Shown here: piece after piece, positions 19,993 to 30,075 of the stretch
Layout: the number at the start of each line of letters is the position of its first letter
Numbering within the stretch: the first letter of the stretch is position 1
Virus record (IMG/VR): IMGVR_UViG_3300025803_000022
Location: 1-41,581 of that record
Length of the DNA stretch: 41,581 nucleotides
Strand: one strand, 5' to 3'
DNA from: a virus
Taxonomy: Duplodnaviria; Caudoviricetes
Notes under the pieces: generated by a model
Told to the model about the DNA's origin: nothing
The model's database searches: none
What the model saw: the letters and a program-made list of their open reading frames with translations, nothing else
Made by a program: the position numbers and the translations under genes

Positions 19993-20270
19993 TACCACTT
20001 GACTTTATCGGCCCAGTATGCTGCACTCATCTTACCCTTCTTGATGTTCCGCGCATGACGGGCTTTGAAGGATGCACGCTGCTTGGCGTTCTGATTTGTC
20101 TTGGCTCCCTGCTCCCCAAAGCGAATCAGCTTTACCTTATTGCCTTCTTTAGCCAACACGATGTGCGACTTCTTCGGGTGTTTAGGTGTGCGCTTAGCTT
20201 TGTTTACACCCGATAAACCGTGCTTCTTGAGTAGGTTTTTTACTCTAGTAGATGTAGGAGAGCTTGCCAT
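19992..20270 (-). CDS. Small basic conserved phage protein
   Basis: 92 aa; RTPKHPKKSH.V.AK...KLIRFG.QG...SFKARH...SAAYWA.K..W. Confidence 0.7.
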   Translation of the reverse strand: MASSPTSTRVKNLLKKHGLSGVNKAKRTPKHPKKSHIVLAKEGNKVKLIRFGEQGAKTNQNAKQRASFKARHARNIKKGKMSAAYWADKVKW

Positions 20271-20274
20271 TATG

Positions 20275-20282
20275 CAAATATA
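20275..20282 (-). promoter_or_regulatory. Bacteroidota-type -7 promoter box
   Basis: TATATTTG, 4 nt before ATG 20270. Confidence 0.7.
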
Positions 20283-20286
20283 ATTC

Positions 20287-20547
20287 CTACGGCTTTATGC
20301 CATACTCGCCCTCAGTCAAGGTGTACGTCTTGGTTCCCCCAGTGTCCTGACACAGATAGGTCATGCTAAAAGTCTCTCCTGCTGGGACCTCTAGCGTTTC
20401 ATATGAACCCACATAAGTACCATCAACCTGCAGGCATTCTTCGTATGTCTGCTCAATAAACCCCCACTCCATGTTTGGACAATTAGCGTCAGTCCATGTT
20501 GACTCAAGATCCTGCTCCGACGCGATCACTGCTGTTCTGGTAGCCAT
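20287..20547 (-). CDS. Small acidic hypothetical protein (possible fibre accessory)
   Basis: 86 aa; TAATG-coupled to the RCC1-repeat gene. Confidence 0.55.
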   Translation of the reverse strand: MATRTAVIASEQDLESTWTDANCPNMEWGFIEQTYEECLQVDGTYVGSYETLEVPAGETFSMTYLCQDTGGTKTYTLTEGEYGIKP

Positions 20548-21854
20548 TATGTTGCTGCTGTTGCGATTGTTACCACCTCGCCTAAACTACCGTTTTGTTC
20601 TTTGTATGCGACAAGTATGTGGTTAATACCGACGGTAATATCATTTCCCTGAAGAAGAGTGTTTATCGACTCCCAAGTGTTGTCTGTTGTCGGTGATTTG
20701 CTGCTGGTGTTTGCTGCAAAAGAGTTTATTCCTATAGTATTTCCATGATTTGCATACCAAGCCCCGTTCTTCTTTGCAAAAAGAATCTGTATTCCTGTGT
20801 TCGACGATGTTTCGTGGGATAATATTTCTTCGTAATCAGTGTCAGTTCCGCACTGACGATACGTTCTGTCTGCTGTTGTAGGCCCGATATTGTATTGGAA
20901 AACTGAGCCTCTCGACCCATGAAGAGAACCATCGGTCTTAATACAAAAGCCTTGGTGCCTCGCCTTAGCATAAGGTATATCCCAGTCAGTGTCAGTACCT
21001 GCTTGTACTGGATACAAAGAATCTGTTGTATTGCCTTGACCTAAGTGACCATCATTGGCATCGCCAAAAGCAAAGAGCTTTCCGCTTGTTGTGACAACCA
21101 TAGTTGATTGATAGCCTGCGCTAATCTTCTCTATTGTTTCGGTCCAGTCTGTACTCGCACCAGATTTCACTCTCGTAAAAGGCTTTGTGCTACCAGCGGT
21201 AGTTCCTACTCCTGTCTTCCCCCAATAGTTAATTCCGCATGAATACAAATATTCAGACCCCGTTCCTCCTTTGATTGCTATGGTAACAGCAGGGAAAGTT
21301 GGGAAGCAATCAATGTCTATCCAGTCGGTGTCACTGCCGAACTGAGACCACCCGTAGTTTGTGGAGGTTGTGCTACCAGTTCCTGTATCTCCGCTATCGG
21401 CAAACTGGCTAATCCTTCCGCACCACCATAGCTCACCGTTGGTTTTAATAGCCCAGCATCCATTGTCGTGGGGCGCGAACTTACTTACGCCCGTTAAACA
21501 TTGTACAAGCTGATGTTCATCGCTGGAAACAGACCTTCCAAGGCTAGTGTTTTGTGACCACCCAGAAGAATATAGGTTTCCAGAACTGTCAAGAGCAAAA
21601 GTGTGGTAATTACCATCTTTTATTCTTACGATGTCCGTTCTAGTAGAAATCTGCGCCTTGTACAAGCCAACTGCAGAGTCTCCAAAAAACTCCTGAGCGT
21701 CAGGCATTCTACTATTGAATCCACCCCCCTCAAAATAAAGAACCCCTGTACTCGACTCTGATACCCCGCCGCCGCCGCCTGAGGCTACCGTTTGTCCACT
21801 AATCTTTGCAATATCGGCCATGGTTATACCACTGTATTTTGCTATGTCTGGCAT
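20547..21854 (-). CDS. RCC1/BLIP-II-like repeat beta-propeller protein, putative receptor-binding protein
   Basis: Repeats HTFALDSSGNLYSSG, WAIKTNGELWWCG, LYSCGINYWGKTGVG, VVTTSGKLFAFGDANDGHLGQG, FCIKTDGSL, with recurring G(S/T)DTDW. Confidence 0.8.
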   Translation of the reverse strand: MPDIAKYSGITMADIAKISGQTVASGGGGGVSESSTGVLYFEGGGFNSRMPDAQEFFGDSAVGLYKAQISTRTDIVRIKDGNYHTFALDSSGNLYSSGWSQNTSLGRSVSSDEHQLVQCLTGVSKFAPHDNGCWAIKTNGELWWCGRISQFADSGDTGTGSTTSTNYGWSQFGSDTDWIDIDCFPTFPAVTIAIKGGTGSEYLYSCGINYWGKTGVGTTAGSTKPFTRVKSGASTDWTETIEKISAGYQSTMVVTTSGKLFAFGDANDGHLGQGNTTDSLYPVQAGTDTDWDIPYAKARHQGFCIKTDGSLHGSRGSVFQYNIGPTTADRTYRQCGTDTDYEEILSHETSSNTGIQILFAKKNGAWYANHGNTIGINSFAANTSSKSPTTDNTWESINTLLQGNDITVGINHILVAYKEQNGSLGEVVTIATAAT

Positions 21855-23128
21855 TACGCAATCTCAATGTAGTCCTGCGCTGGGTCAATGTAGATGTAGT
21901 TGCTACCGAGAGCATACCCGATAATCCGCACGAAGTCACCCGTTGCTGACGGAGCCGTAGCCGTGATCTCCCCCTCAGTCGTGCTTATATAAAGGATCTG
22001 ACCCGCCGTGAATCCACTATACGCTGTGCTGGCACGTATGCCTCGAACTAAAAGCCCGTCTGTGGCTGAGGATGTACCCAACGCCACACCGAACAATCCA
22101 TACGTCTTCGTCTCTATATCCGCGTCTACCGCAGTCCATCCCGAAGATGTATACACATAGCTCTTGCCAGTACTCAATGTGTCGCTCCCGAACTTGACCA
22201 CATGCCCTTCGTAGGAACCATTGCCGTAGGCAGTGCTGCGGGTTATGACTTCGAGGATCTGACCATCCAGCTCATTCCCGCCGCTAGGCGTGCTAAAAGA
22301 AACCGAACCAAGACCATCCGTGGTAAGAACTTGACCGCTGGTTCCGTCCGAAGTGGGAAGCGTGTAGGCATTGGAAATCTTAGTTACGCCTGTGTTTGCG
22401 TTTACCGCAAATACCTCAACCCCAGATCCATTTAACAGTTCATACCTCGCGGCTGTCAGATTAAAGTACAGTCCATAATTGGTAGCCCCTGCTCCTGTGT
22501 GGTACCTAAAGACATATACGTTGCCAGTGACCAGCAGCTCTGCAGAGTTGGTGAACATGTCCAAGTCCGCTGCCAACTGAGGCGTTGTATCCAATACAAT
22601 ATCGGTCCCACCATTGGCTCCTGTTGGGCCCGTCGGACCAGTGGGGCCTGTTGCACCGTCAGTACCATTGGTTCCATTAGTACCCGCTGCACCCGTCGGA
22701 CCCGTGGGGCCAGTAGGGCCTGTAGCTCCGTCTACTCCGTTCGTTCCATTGGTGCCAGCAGGACCAGTGGGGCCTGTAGCGCCAGTCGGACCCGTCGGGC
22801 CTGTGGCTCCGTCTACTCCATTAGTACCGTTGGTGCCAGCTGCACCTGTCGGGCCCGTTGGGCCTGTTGCCCCTGTTGCCCCTGTGAGTCCAGTAGAGCC
22901 CGCCGCGCCAGTCGGACCAGTAGGGCCCGTAGGTCCAGTGGCTCCATCCGACCCGTTAGTTCCTGCCGCACCCGTCGGGCCTGTAGGACCAGTAGCACCT
23001 GTGGGGCCCGTGGGGCCTGTAGCACCAGTATCGCCTTTGCGCCCTGTGTTAGCTACAGATACTGATCCAGTTGTAGGTACTGTAACCGTAACTGACGTAC
23101 CACCAGAAACTGTAATCTCTGTAGCCAT
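21854..23128 (-). CDS. Collagen-like fibre protein
   Basis: Long Gly-X-Y tract, then DTTPQL..DLD and [18 protein letters not shown] fibre motifs and a C-terminal beta domain. Confidence 0.85.
   Translation of the reverse strand: MATEITVSGGTSVTVTVPTTGSVSVANTGRKGDTGATGPTGPTGATGPTGPTGAAGTNGSDGATGPTGPTGPTGAAGSTGLTGATGATGPTGPTGAAGTNGTNGVDGATGPTGPTGATGPTGPAGTNGTNGVDGATGPTGPTGPTGAAGTNGTNGTDGATGPTGPTGPTGANGGTDIVLDTTPQLAADLDMFTNSAELLVTGNVYVFRYHTGAGATNYGLYFNLTAARYELLNGSGVEVFAVNANTGVTKISNAYTLPTSDGTSGQVLTTDGLGSVSFSTPSGGNELDGQILEVITRSTAYGNGSYEGHVVKFGSDTLSTGKSYVYTSSGWTAVDADIETKTYGLFGVALGTSSATDGLLVRGIRASTAYSGFTAGQILYISTTEGEITATAPSATGDFVRIIGYALGSNYIYIDPAQDYIEIA
22611..23044 (-). repeat. Gly-X-Y collagen repeat (about 48 triplets)
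   Basis: Higher-order units [10 protein letters not shown](P/A)TG(A/P)AGTNG(TNG)xD with diverged wobble positions. Confidence 0.9.
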
Positions 23129-23613
23129 TAGATACTTTTTGAGACGTCGTCATTAATGACAAACCTGCCCTCAAGAATGGTCCTTTGCGTATCCCCTACA
23201 CTGTACTGAAAGTCATACTTGTATCTACCAGGGCGAACTTTCCTCATGTCCTGAGCAGACAGAAAGACTGTGACATTTCCTAAGTCATCCTTATTGAGGA
23301 AGCTGAAGTTCACAGGGCCCTTTACGCCCTGCTCTGTGCTACCAATAAAAATACCATCGGTGATGGAGTTGTCGTCGTCACTTTCGCCTCCGCCTCCGCT
23401 ACTACTAGAAGTGACAGCCCGAAGAATTGGGTCGATCCGCTGAGTAGGGCTGTCCCTAGTGCTTCGAACCTGCATTAAAAAAGTGTAGTCATCTGTCAAT
23501 AGAGGCAGGGCGTCGCCGCTGCTATCCTTTAGAGTCAGATTCAATTCGAAAGTATCTCCGCGTCGGCAAGTAATATCTAGCCTATCAGTTATGTCGAGAT
23601 TAATCTTAGACAT
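23128..23613 (-). CDS. Putative fibre-attachment/adaptor protein (BppU N-terminal-like)
   Basis: [16 protein letters not shown]...YKYDFQ...[12 protein letters not shown] pattern; precedes the fibre gene. Confidence 0.55.
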   Translation of the reverse strand: MSKINLDITDRLDITCRRGDTFELNLTLKDSSGDALPLLTDDYTFLMQVRSTRDSPTQRIDPILRAVTSSSSGGGGESDDDNSITDGIFIGSTEQGVKGPVNFSFLNKDDLGNVTVFLSAQDMRKVRPGRYKYDFQYSVGDTQRTILEGRFVINDDVSKSI

Positions 23614-23615
23614 CC

Positions 23616-26042
23616 TTATACCATATTGCTAAAGTCAAATCCTGAGGGCTGCTCCTCTAGTTCTGGGCGCTTTCCCTGGCGCTGGCTGATCAGCTTGCTT
23701 TGCTCAACAGCCTGCTTCTTCACGCGCTCGTCCTTGCGGTCATCCTTCTGCGTCTCAACCGCCTTCCTGCTCTGCACCTCTCCTTGCATAGTAGCGGCTT
23801 GAACTTGCAGTTTCATCTGCATAATCTCCTTTTCGAACTGATGCTTGATCTTAGCTAGTTCTAGATCAGCCATAGCTTTAGCCTGGATCACCTGGACGTC
23901 AGCTTGGGTCTGTGTAGCAATCTCTTGCTGACGACCTTGCATCTTGATAGCCTCTGCCTGCTGAGCCTGCTGAGCCTGCATCTGCTGCATCTGCATCTGC
24001 TGATCCTGTTGCTTTTTCATTCGCTTAGACCTGCGAATAATAAGTAGCCGTTCAGCCTGGTTGATGTCTTTTAGGTTTCGGATAGCCATTGCATCCTCAA
24101 GGTCTATTTCTTTTTGAGCTAGAGACATCTGAATGTTCTGCTCTAGGTATGCCTTGTCTTTATCCTCCATGTCCTTCATCACCTTCACCCCAAAATTGTA
24201 CATTGGTAGGTCCGCGAAAGTGGCTAAGACATTCATGTTGCTATCCCCAATAGCATTTCGGTAGGCCGTATGAATGGCTGATTCTTGCGGCAGGATCTGA
24301 AGACACTTAACTACATCCTCACAAACCTTGCGATAAAGCACCATGGCGGCATTGGTGATGTCGTATGTAGCGTTATTGCTGGCAGCGATAGCTTGCTGCT
24401 GGACACCAACCAGCGTATCCCCCTTCGGAGTTGACGCATCAGCCATTTCATTGATACCCGTGGTATCGCGAATCATGCGCAGATAGTGGTTGTACAGCGC
24501 AATGAGCTCGTTAATATTACGGATGCTGTTGCCTATCTCTCGTACTGGCGGATTCTGGAAGCCACCCTCAGGGTTCTTACTTCGGTAGTAAAAGACCCCC
24601 GTCTGTTCGTAGATATCATGGAGATCCAAAGGTTGAAGCTCTCCGCCTTTACCAAGCTGAACATTCTCCAGACCTTCAATATCAATAACCAGGCCGTCTG
24701 GTTTCGCTTTGGCAATGGCTTGCTGAAGTTTCAAGTGTGTAAGCTGCAGCATATCCGCAAACCCCACACACCCGTCAACCATAGACTTAGGCATATTAGC
24801 CACCATATTCGTCGACACCACAGAATACGACATCCGCGCCCTGGTGACATCATGCATGTTCTTTGGCGTGTTGTACTGCTTACCATAATTAATCAGATGA
24901 TCTGTACCTAGAATGTACATACCCTGGTAGATACACTCAACATCCATAGAGTGGGGGGTGCGATCGTAAACGCTACCTTTCTTCTCTTTATATGCAAAGC
25001 CCTCGTAGAAGAAGTTTGTATTCCCATACTGATTCTCCTTCTCCTCGAAGTACATCGTGTCTACTGTCTTGAACTCAAACTCCAACACTTCAATAACATG
25101 GCCGCTGAAGTTCTGCTTCTGTAATCCACTGGTACTGTATGGGTGGTCAGGGTATTTGCTGGAGCTAGAACGCCGAGACTTTTTAAGCAGGTCTTTTAAC
25201 TGCTGCTCGGTCATCTGATCCCCCGCCAAACGCTTCAGCTCAGCTAGAGTGATTTCCCGTACATGCCCCATGTACACAACATCATCAAAATTGGGATCTT
25301 GCGTATACCCATGAACAAAATGTACTGGGTCTACATAGTCGAGCTTGATACCGTAGCTAGGGTCATTACTCCGTTTCACTACAGCCATACCGCAACTAGT
25401 CAAGTCATTGACGCAACGCCGATAAACCCCCTCACTAAAATCGTTCCACTGCAAGGTCATTTCCGTTGCAACCTGCGCCGCTATCTCTGCATCTGTTTTG
25501 ATGTTAGTGGCCATAAAAATTTCGGCCTCTTCAGTCGTCTCAGGTATTTGCTCCGCAGGTTCATCTAGAACGGGCTGCCCCATGCGCTGCTCCAGCTCCA
25601 TAAACATGGGGCGCATAGCCACCTTGTTCTGCATGATATTCTTCTGCAGATTCTTTTCGCTAGAAGACAAAGGGTCTACTGCCTCTAGGTTCGGATACAT
25701 ATTCCTACCTAGAATCTTGTTGACCACAACACGAACAAACTTGGGTAGAACAGGGACTGGGGTGTAGTCCAAATTCATCAAGGATCCCTCCCCGTTGTTT
25801 GGATCCGTAGTGTTTAGCAACTGCTTATAGATAGCAGTGTCCTGGGTTCCATTCGCATAATCCCTGTTGCGAGCAAAGATATTCTTCCTACCCCCGAAAG
25901 TAGAAGTATTGTCCTGAGTGTTACCCCATTGCGCTTCGATTGCCTTAGCGTACTTCAGCCCATATTCTTTGGAAAGCTTCTCCTCTTGCGGCGCCAGTGG
26001 ATCTGGGAAACCACCTGGATCACCTGACTTATTGTTGTACAT
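23616..26042 (-). CDS. Portal protein
   Basis: 808 aa directly after TerL; LDYTPVPVLPKFV, LQLTHLKLQQAIAK..PDG..ID, IYEQTG, IRDTTGINE, Gln-rich helical C-terminus. Confidence 0.85.
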   Translation of the reverse strand: MYNNKSGDPGGFPDPLAPQEEKLSKEYGLKYAKAIEAQWGNTQDNTSTFGGRKNIFARNRDYANGTQDTAIYKQLLNTTDPNNGEGSLMNLDYTPVPVLPKFVRVVVNKILGRNMYPNLEAVDPLSSSEKNLQKNIMQNKVAMRPMFMELEQRMGQPVLDEPAEQIPETTEEAEIFMATNIKTDAEIAAQVATEMTLQWNDFSEGVYRRCVNDLTSCGMAVVKRSNDPSYGIKLDYVDPVHFVHGYTQDPNFDDVVYMGHVREITLAELKRLAGDQMTEQQLKDLLKKSRRSSSSKYPDHPYSTSGLQKQNFSGHVIEVLEFEFKTVDTMYFEEKENQYGNTNFFYEGFAYKEKKGSVYDRTPHSMDVECIYQGMYILGTDHLINYGKQYNTPKNMHDVTRARMSYSVVSTNMVANMPKSMVDGCVGFADMLQLTHLKLQQAIAKAKPDGLVIDIEGLENVQLGKGGELQPLDLHDIYEQTGVFYYRSKNPEGGFQNPPVREIGNSIRNINELIALYNHYLRMIRDTTGINEMADASTPKGDTLVGVQQQAIAASNNATYDITNAAMVLYRKVCEDVVKCLQILPQESAIHTAYRNAIGDSNMNVLATFADLPMYNFGVKVMKDMEDKDKAYLEQNIQMSLAQKEIDLEDAMAIRNLKDINQAERLLIIRRSKRMKKQQDQQMQMQQMQAQQAQQAEAIKMQGRQQEIATQTQADVQVIQAKAMADLELAKIKHQFEKEIMQMKLQVQAATMQGEVQSRKAVETQKDDRKDERVKKQAVEQSKLISQRQGKRPELEEQPSGFDFSNMV

Positions 26043-26064
26043 GTAGGGATTACGTTATCACCCA

Positions 26065-26072
26065 CAAATATA
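26065..26072 (-). promoter_or_regulatory. Bacteroidota-type -7 promoter box (portal)
   Basis: Intergenic TATATTTG, 22 nt before ATG 26042. Confidence 0.7.
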
Positions 26073-26078
26073 ACTAAA

Positions 26079-28196
26079 TCATCCGCGCACCTTATAACGC
26101 CTAAAAAAGCGCTTCTCGTCAAATTTAGAGTCTTGTTTTTTCTGCTTGACTTTTTGTGCCGCTAATAATGCTAAGCCAGAGCTAATGGTAAGGTCGAATC
26201 GCGTCCTGTTATTGATGTCGTAGCCAATCCAGTCCTCCAGGGTTTTATTGAAATACATTGCCCCCATCTCCCCAGTCTCTCTATTAACGCCAACATGGTT
26301 GTGGATGTAGGCCTCGATAGCCTGGGCGTGGGACTGTATTACATCTTGAGAATTAGACGGGATACCCTTCGTCTTTACCTTGATGTTTGTGTTGGGGGCA
26401 GATAGGTGCTTAGGCCTATCCAAAAGATACCCATCATATCCACGTTGCTCAAAGTACCGCGCAATACCATACTTGTTGTTCTCTATCAGTATCGGGTATC
26501 CGTAGAAGACTGCGGCCATAAGTACGTCTTCATAAAAGATCGAAGCCAGCGGAGGACGGGAAGCGTACTCCAACACAAACATATTAGCAGGAGCATCCAT
26601 GCTAAACTTATTGTATAAGTGCAATGCTCCTTTAGATCCTCTGCCGTCAACAGTGGCGTCAAGATCATAACTATCCACGCCGCCACAACCAAGATGTGTA
26701 TTAGGCGCCACCCTTTTGTTTCTTTCATATACTTTCAAATTACGCTGCCCAGACTCTGGCATCCACGCCACCTTAAACCTACCCTTAGGGTCTGGAGTGA
26801 ACACAACCTCAGTATCCTTTACACCACCTTTCCATGTGAAGCTACCCGTCACCACAGGGTTTGGGAATAGATCATCGTTGTGTTCTATCTGCTCATAGAT
26901 CTGGCCGATATTAAACAGACTAGCCTCAATGCTATCCCTAAAAGCTTCGTCTGTAGTAAATGGGAACTGCCTTATGATCTCATTCAGCTCACTAGGATCA
27001 TCGCGCAAACTATCCCTCTCGTTCTTCAAGAAGGTCTTCGCCCCCATGTGTATCCACTCCCCATCAATACCTTCAACTGGCTCCTTTGGGTCGTCCACTA
27101 CGGGGTGCCCGTACAGATCAAAGAACCCCTCTAGAGAGTCGTGGGCTGGGATGAACAGCCGATACAACCCAGACCTAGTCCTCCCATTCTTGTTCCGCTC
27201 CTGAGGATCCGAGTCCGCCCATAAATCTTTGTACTCGCTTCCGCCTTTCCCCATTGGATTCACGGTGCTTCCGACCATGGCCTTGCCTACGACCTTCCGA
27301 CCAACGATCAAACATGTCCGCTGGATCCTCCAGGCCTCTCTTATGTCTGTTGGTTTTTCCCATTTGCCTGCCTCATCTAAGTATAGCAGGTGAAGTTTCT
27401 CCCCGTCGTATGCGTTGTTTGTGGTGTTCTTCCAATTGATCACCGTATTCAAGGCGTCACCAACCTGTGCTGTTTTGTTTTTCTTCGTGATCTTCTTCGA
27501 TGGTTCTCGGAACGCCAACTCCATACGGGGATTCGTTGTACCATCCTGAATAGGCTTGAAGAAGAATGGGTACTTGCGGAACATGTTGACCACCTTCTTC
27601 ATGAAGATGTTCTCTTGAGCGTCCTTACCCGTCTTACTCTGAATGCCTATCAGCTTGTCCTTGACCTGCGTAGCTTCATCTACGATGACAGAAGAGCATA
27701 TGTTGGTGTATCCTGATCTACGGCATTTGGTATATAGCTGTCCGATACAACGAGGGTCCGCCTCACACGCAGCCAAATGTAAGAAAATATCTCTCTGGAA
27801 ATCAAGGTAGTAAGGGGCACCGATGTCCAGCTGCCCCCACTGCAGCATCATATAGTGACGACCCGTGATGTATGTAGCATCACCTCGATTATAAAACCAA
27901 ACGCCCTCACGCCTACGCCGAAACTCCTCCTCGATGTATGGACGAAACTTTTCTCTGAACTCCCTCGGCATCTCCGCCCACTCATCCATAGAACGTATAC
28001 GCGATAACTCCTTGGGAAGATCAACGCGCCGCCAATGCTGATCAGCAATGGGAAGACCATGGAAGAGGATGTCTCGGACCTTAGGCGCCTTGGGTAAGAC
28101 AATGACAATCCCACCGACCTCGATGTGGTCGCCCAGCGTACCGTTGGCACAAATCGCCACGCCCTGTTCATCATATCCCTCTACCTTAACTAGCAT
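26079..28196 (-). CDS. terL: Terminase large subunit
   Basis: Walker A-like KCRRSGYT, Walker B LLYLDEAGKW, coupling motif GSTVN, RQFP.T.DEAF, nuclease GGVDSYD and ENNK. Confidence 0.92.
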   Translation of the reverse strand: MLVKVEGYDEQGVAICANGTLGDHIEVGGIVIVLPKAPKVRDILFHGLPIADQHWRRVDLPKELSRIRSMDEWAEMPREFREKFRPYIEEEFRRRREGVWFYNRGDATYITGRHYMMLQWGQLDIGAPYYLDFQRDIFLHLAACEADPRCIGQLYTKCRRSGYTNICSSVIVDEATQVKDKLIGIQSKTGKDAQENIFMKKVVNMFRKYPFFFKPIQDGTTNPRMELAFREPSKKITKKNKTAQVGDALNTVINWKNTTNNAYDGEKLHLLYLDEAGKWEKPTDIREAWRIQRTCLIVGRKVVGKAMVGSTVNPMGKGGSEYKDLWADSDPQERNKNGRTRSGLYRLFIPAHDSLEGFFDLYGHPVVDDPKEPVEGIDGEWIHMGAKTFLKNERDSLRDDPSELNEIIRQFPFTTDEAFRDSIEASLFNIGQIYEQIEHNDDLFPNPVVTGSFTWKGGVKDTEVVFTPDPKGRFKVAWMPESGQRNLKVYERNKRVAPNTHLGCGGVDSYDLDATVDGRGSKGALHLYNKFSMDAPANMFVLEYASRPPLASIFYEDVLMAAVFYGYPILIENNKYGIARYFEQRGYDGYLLDRPKHLSAPNTNIKVKTKGIPSNSQDVIQSHAQAIEAYIHNHVGVNRETGEMGAMYFNKTLEDWIGYDINNRTRFDLTISSGLALLAAQKVKQKKQDSKFDEKRFFRRYKVRG

Positions 28197-28936
28197 TAAC
28201 CAAAATGCCCGTCTAAATATAGGTCCAAGCTTGGGTGACGGTGGCGGATTACCTCTCTGCTTAGATACCGTGGATAGGCAGCGACCTCCATATACGATGA
28301 ATAGCTGTGTATGTTGACGCCGTTTTTTACGTCAATACAATCCTCCTCGTCGAAGCTGACGTTCTCAATAATGTCCTCCCCCCACTTATCTACCATGGCA
28401 TCGATAACCTTACCATCGAAATTAAACGTCTGATCAGAATCATAAATCGTGAGGGGATTCACTGAGTGTCTCAAACTGTGGGTCAAGAAGAACTGGCCAG
28501 AGCTAATCAGATAGTGATTCCTTGGTGTGAATACGCAGGTGTCTTCTTCGCCTGGCATGGCGCTCATGATAACACAGTTCTTGGTGCCAAAGGTCGCCAC
28601 CTTCTTACCCTCTAAAACCCCAGCGCACTCCACTAGATAACCTGCCCCATGCACATTGTTACTCCCCCACCAAGCAATGTAGTCGCACCCCATCTGGATG
28701 GCACGTAGCCACGCATAGGAGAACTTGTTGGATACAGGGTCATTAGCAAACATCTCGTGCTGGATACCGCGTGACGCACAGAATTGTGCTACATCGTAGC
28801 TTTCCCCTATAGCTAACCCTACAACATCGTGACCATCGTAACTGAAAAACTGCATCGCCCCCTGCATATCATCCAATGCCATCTTAGTCAATGCGGGGCG
28901 TCCGTGGTACACCATGAAGAAACAGACGCTCCTCAT
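28196..28936 (-). CDS. Glycosyltransferase (GT-A/family 2)-like protein
   Basis: N-terminal CFFMVYHGRP.LT, NDPVSNKF, DYIAWWGSNN at the expected DxD-like position, late DVK..VNI motif. Confidence 0.5.
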   Translation of the reverse strand: MRSVCFFMVYHGRPALTKMALDDMQGAMQFFSYDGHDVVGLAIGESYDVAQFCASRGIQHEMFANDPVSNKFSYAWLRAIQMGCDYIAWWGSNNVHGAGYLVECAGVLEGKKVATFGTKNCVIMSAMPGEEDTCVFTPRNHYLISSGQFFLTHSLRHSVNPLTIYDSDQTFNFDGKVIDAMVDKWGEDIIENVSFDEEDCIDVKNGVNIHSYSSYMEVAAYPRYLSREVIRHRHPSLDLYLDGHFG

Positions 28937-29220
28937 ATTGGCTTGTTCTGTCTTTCAGAATCTACCTCTATAGCTATTGGGGTCTTTGGGCCTAGATACC
29001 CCCCAGTAGTATTGAATGAGATATACTCTAGCGCCTCCTCCTGACTCATCTCATCCCGCTTCATGCAGACCTCGACCATCCTGTCATGGTCATACACCGC
29101 AACAGGCTCAATGCCCACAGTGATACCTATAAGAGCGTCTTCGAATCCATCCCAGGTGATGCACTCATTGTCTTCCAGGGACATCATCAGTTTATCCCAA
29201 CCTTTTGCTTGCCAACTCAT
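28933..29220 (-). CDS. Conserved small phage protein, function unknown
   Basis: DGFEDALIG...AVYD...M...EEALEY..FN..GGYLG..TPI. Confidence 0.7.
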   Translation of the reverse strand: MSWQAKGWDKLMMSLEDNECITWDGFEDALIGITVGIEPVAVYDHDRMVEVCMKRDEMSQEEALEYISFNTTGGYLGPKTPIAIEVDSERQNKPI

Positions 29221-29507
29221 TTTGAAAATCTTTCTGCAAAACCACCAGAGTAATCCTTATCCTCTGTCATGGTTCCGCTCAAAGTAAGATCTTTCATCAT
29301 CTGCTCCAGCCGCTGTCTTTCAACAAGAAGTTCTTTACAATCTATAGCCGTCTGCTTAATAGACTGAAGCTCAGCCTTTCTAGCGCTACCATTGATCTCC
29401 TTGTCTACAGGCTTTTTGATTTCCTCAATCATATTGTTGATAGCTACCTCCATAGAAGCCATCAACCGACGAGCAGCATCAATCGTGGTGAATTGCTTTC
29501 TGGACAT
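29217..29507 (-). CDS. Helical protein, candidate terminase small subunit
   Basis: Likely start ATG 29507 (MSRKQFTT...); helical, ends GGFAERFSK; upstream of terL. Function inferred from position only. Confidence 0.45.
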   Translation of the reverse strand: MSRKQFTTIDAARRLMASMEVAINNMIEEIKKPVDKEINGSARKAELQSIKQTAIDCKELLVERQRLEQMMKDLTLSGTMTEDKDYSGGFAERFSK

Positions 29508-30075
29508 ACAGTAAGTCTTCGGTTCGTACTCGGTACATCGTCTCGTCGTTGACCTTAAAATCGTAACGCAGCTTGCTAGGGAAAACAACCACATCACCCT
29601 CTTCAATCCCCAGGTCCTTGTGCATATACGTTCGATACGCAAGAACTCCACGATCTGGATCAGCATCCTTTAGTCGCACCTCTGTCCACAGCTGCGTGCG
29701 ATCCACTATCTCCTCCTGGTGTGGGCGAAGGATAGACCACATAGACAATGGTATGACATCATCCTCACCTTTCGGGGTGTACGCAAAAGCATGGCAGTTG
29801 ATGGTGACATCAGGATCGTAGCTTACCAAGTACTCCCCCTCCCTGTCTGCAAAAGGCATCCCCCCATTGATGACCACCAAATGATGGAAGTACAATGTGT
29901 CCCCTACTTTGACAGGGGTGTCGTACTTCTTCGGTACCGACACCACCTCCCCTTCACACACCCTATGTTCAAACTCGTTGAACTTAGTCTCCATGTAGAT
30001 ATTCTGGTCACCCAGCTTAATCTCGTCTTGCAGCAGCTTGTCTAGCTTCACCACAAAGTAATGCAGCATATCCAT
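29479..30075 (-). CDS. GroES-like co-chaperonin with two tandem GroES-like units
   Basis: GEVVSVP...VKVGDTLYFHH and GIEEGDVVVF...FKVNDETMYRVRTEDLL. Confidence 0.65.
   Translation of the reverse strand: MDMLHYFVVKLDKLLQDEIKLGDQNIYMETKFNEFEHRVCEGEVVSVPKKYDTPVKVGDTLYFHHLVVINGGMPFADREGEYLVSYDPDVTINCHAFAYTPKGEDDVIPLSMWSILRPHQEEIVDRTQLWTEVRLKDADPDRGVLAYRTYMHKDLGIEEGDVVVFPSKLRYDFKVNDETMYRVRTEDLLYVQKAIHHD

Noticed and set aside
20547-23128. Diversity-generating retroelement target in the fibre genes
   Set aside because: No reverse transcriptase and no template/variable repeat pair noticed in the window.
22499-23156. Plus-strand ORFs with PVGPVAP or Arg/Ser repeats
   Set aside because: Antisense shadows of the collagen repeat.
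26079-28196. Intein or intron in the terminase
   Set aside because: Continuous ORF with ATPase and nuclease motifs in the normal order; no splicing or homing-endonuclease motifs seen.
29508-29666. N-terminal extension of the 149-aa track ORF
   Set aside because: Overlaps the GroES-like gene in another frame; ATG 29507 is more plausible.
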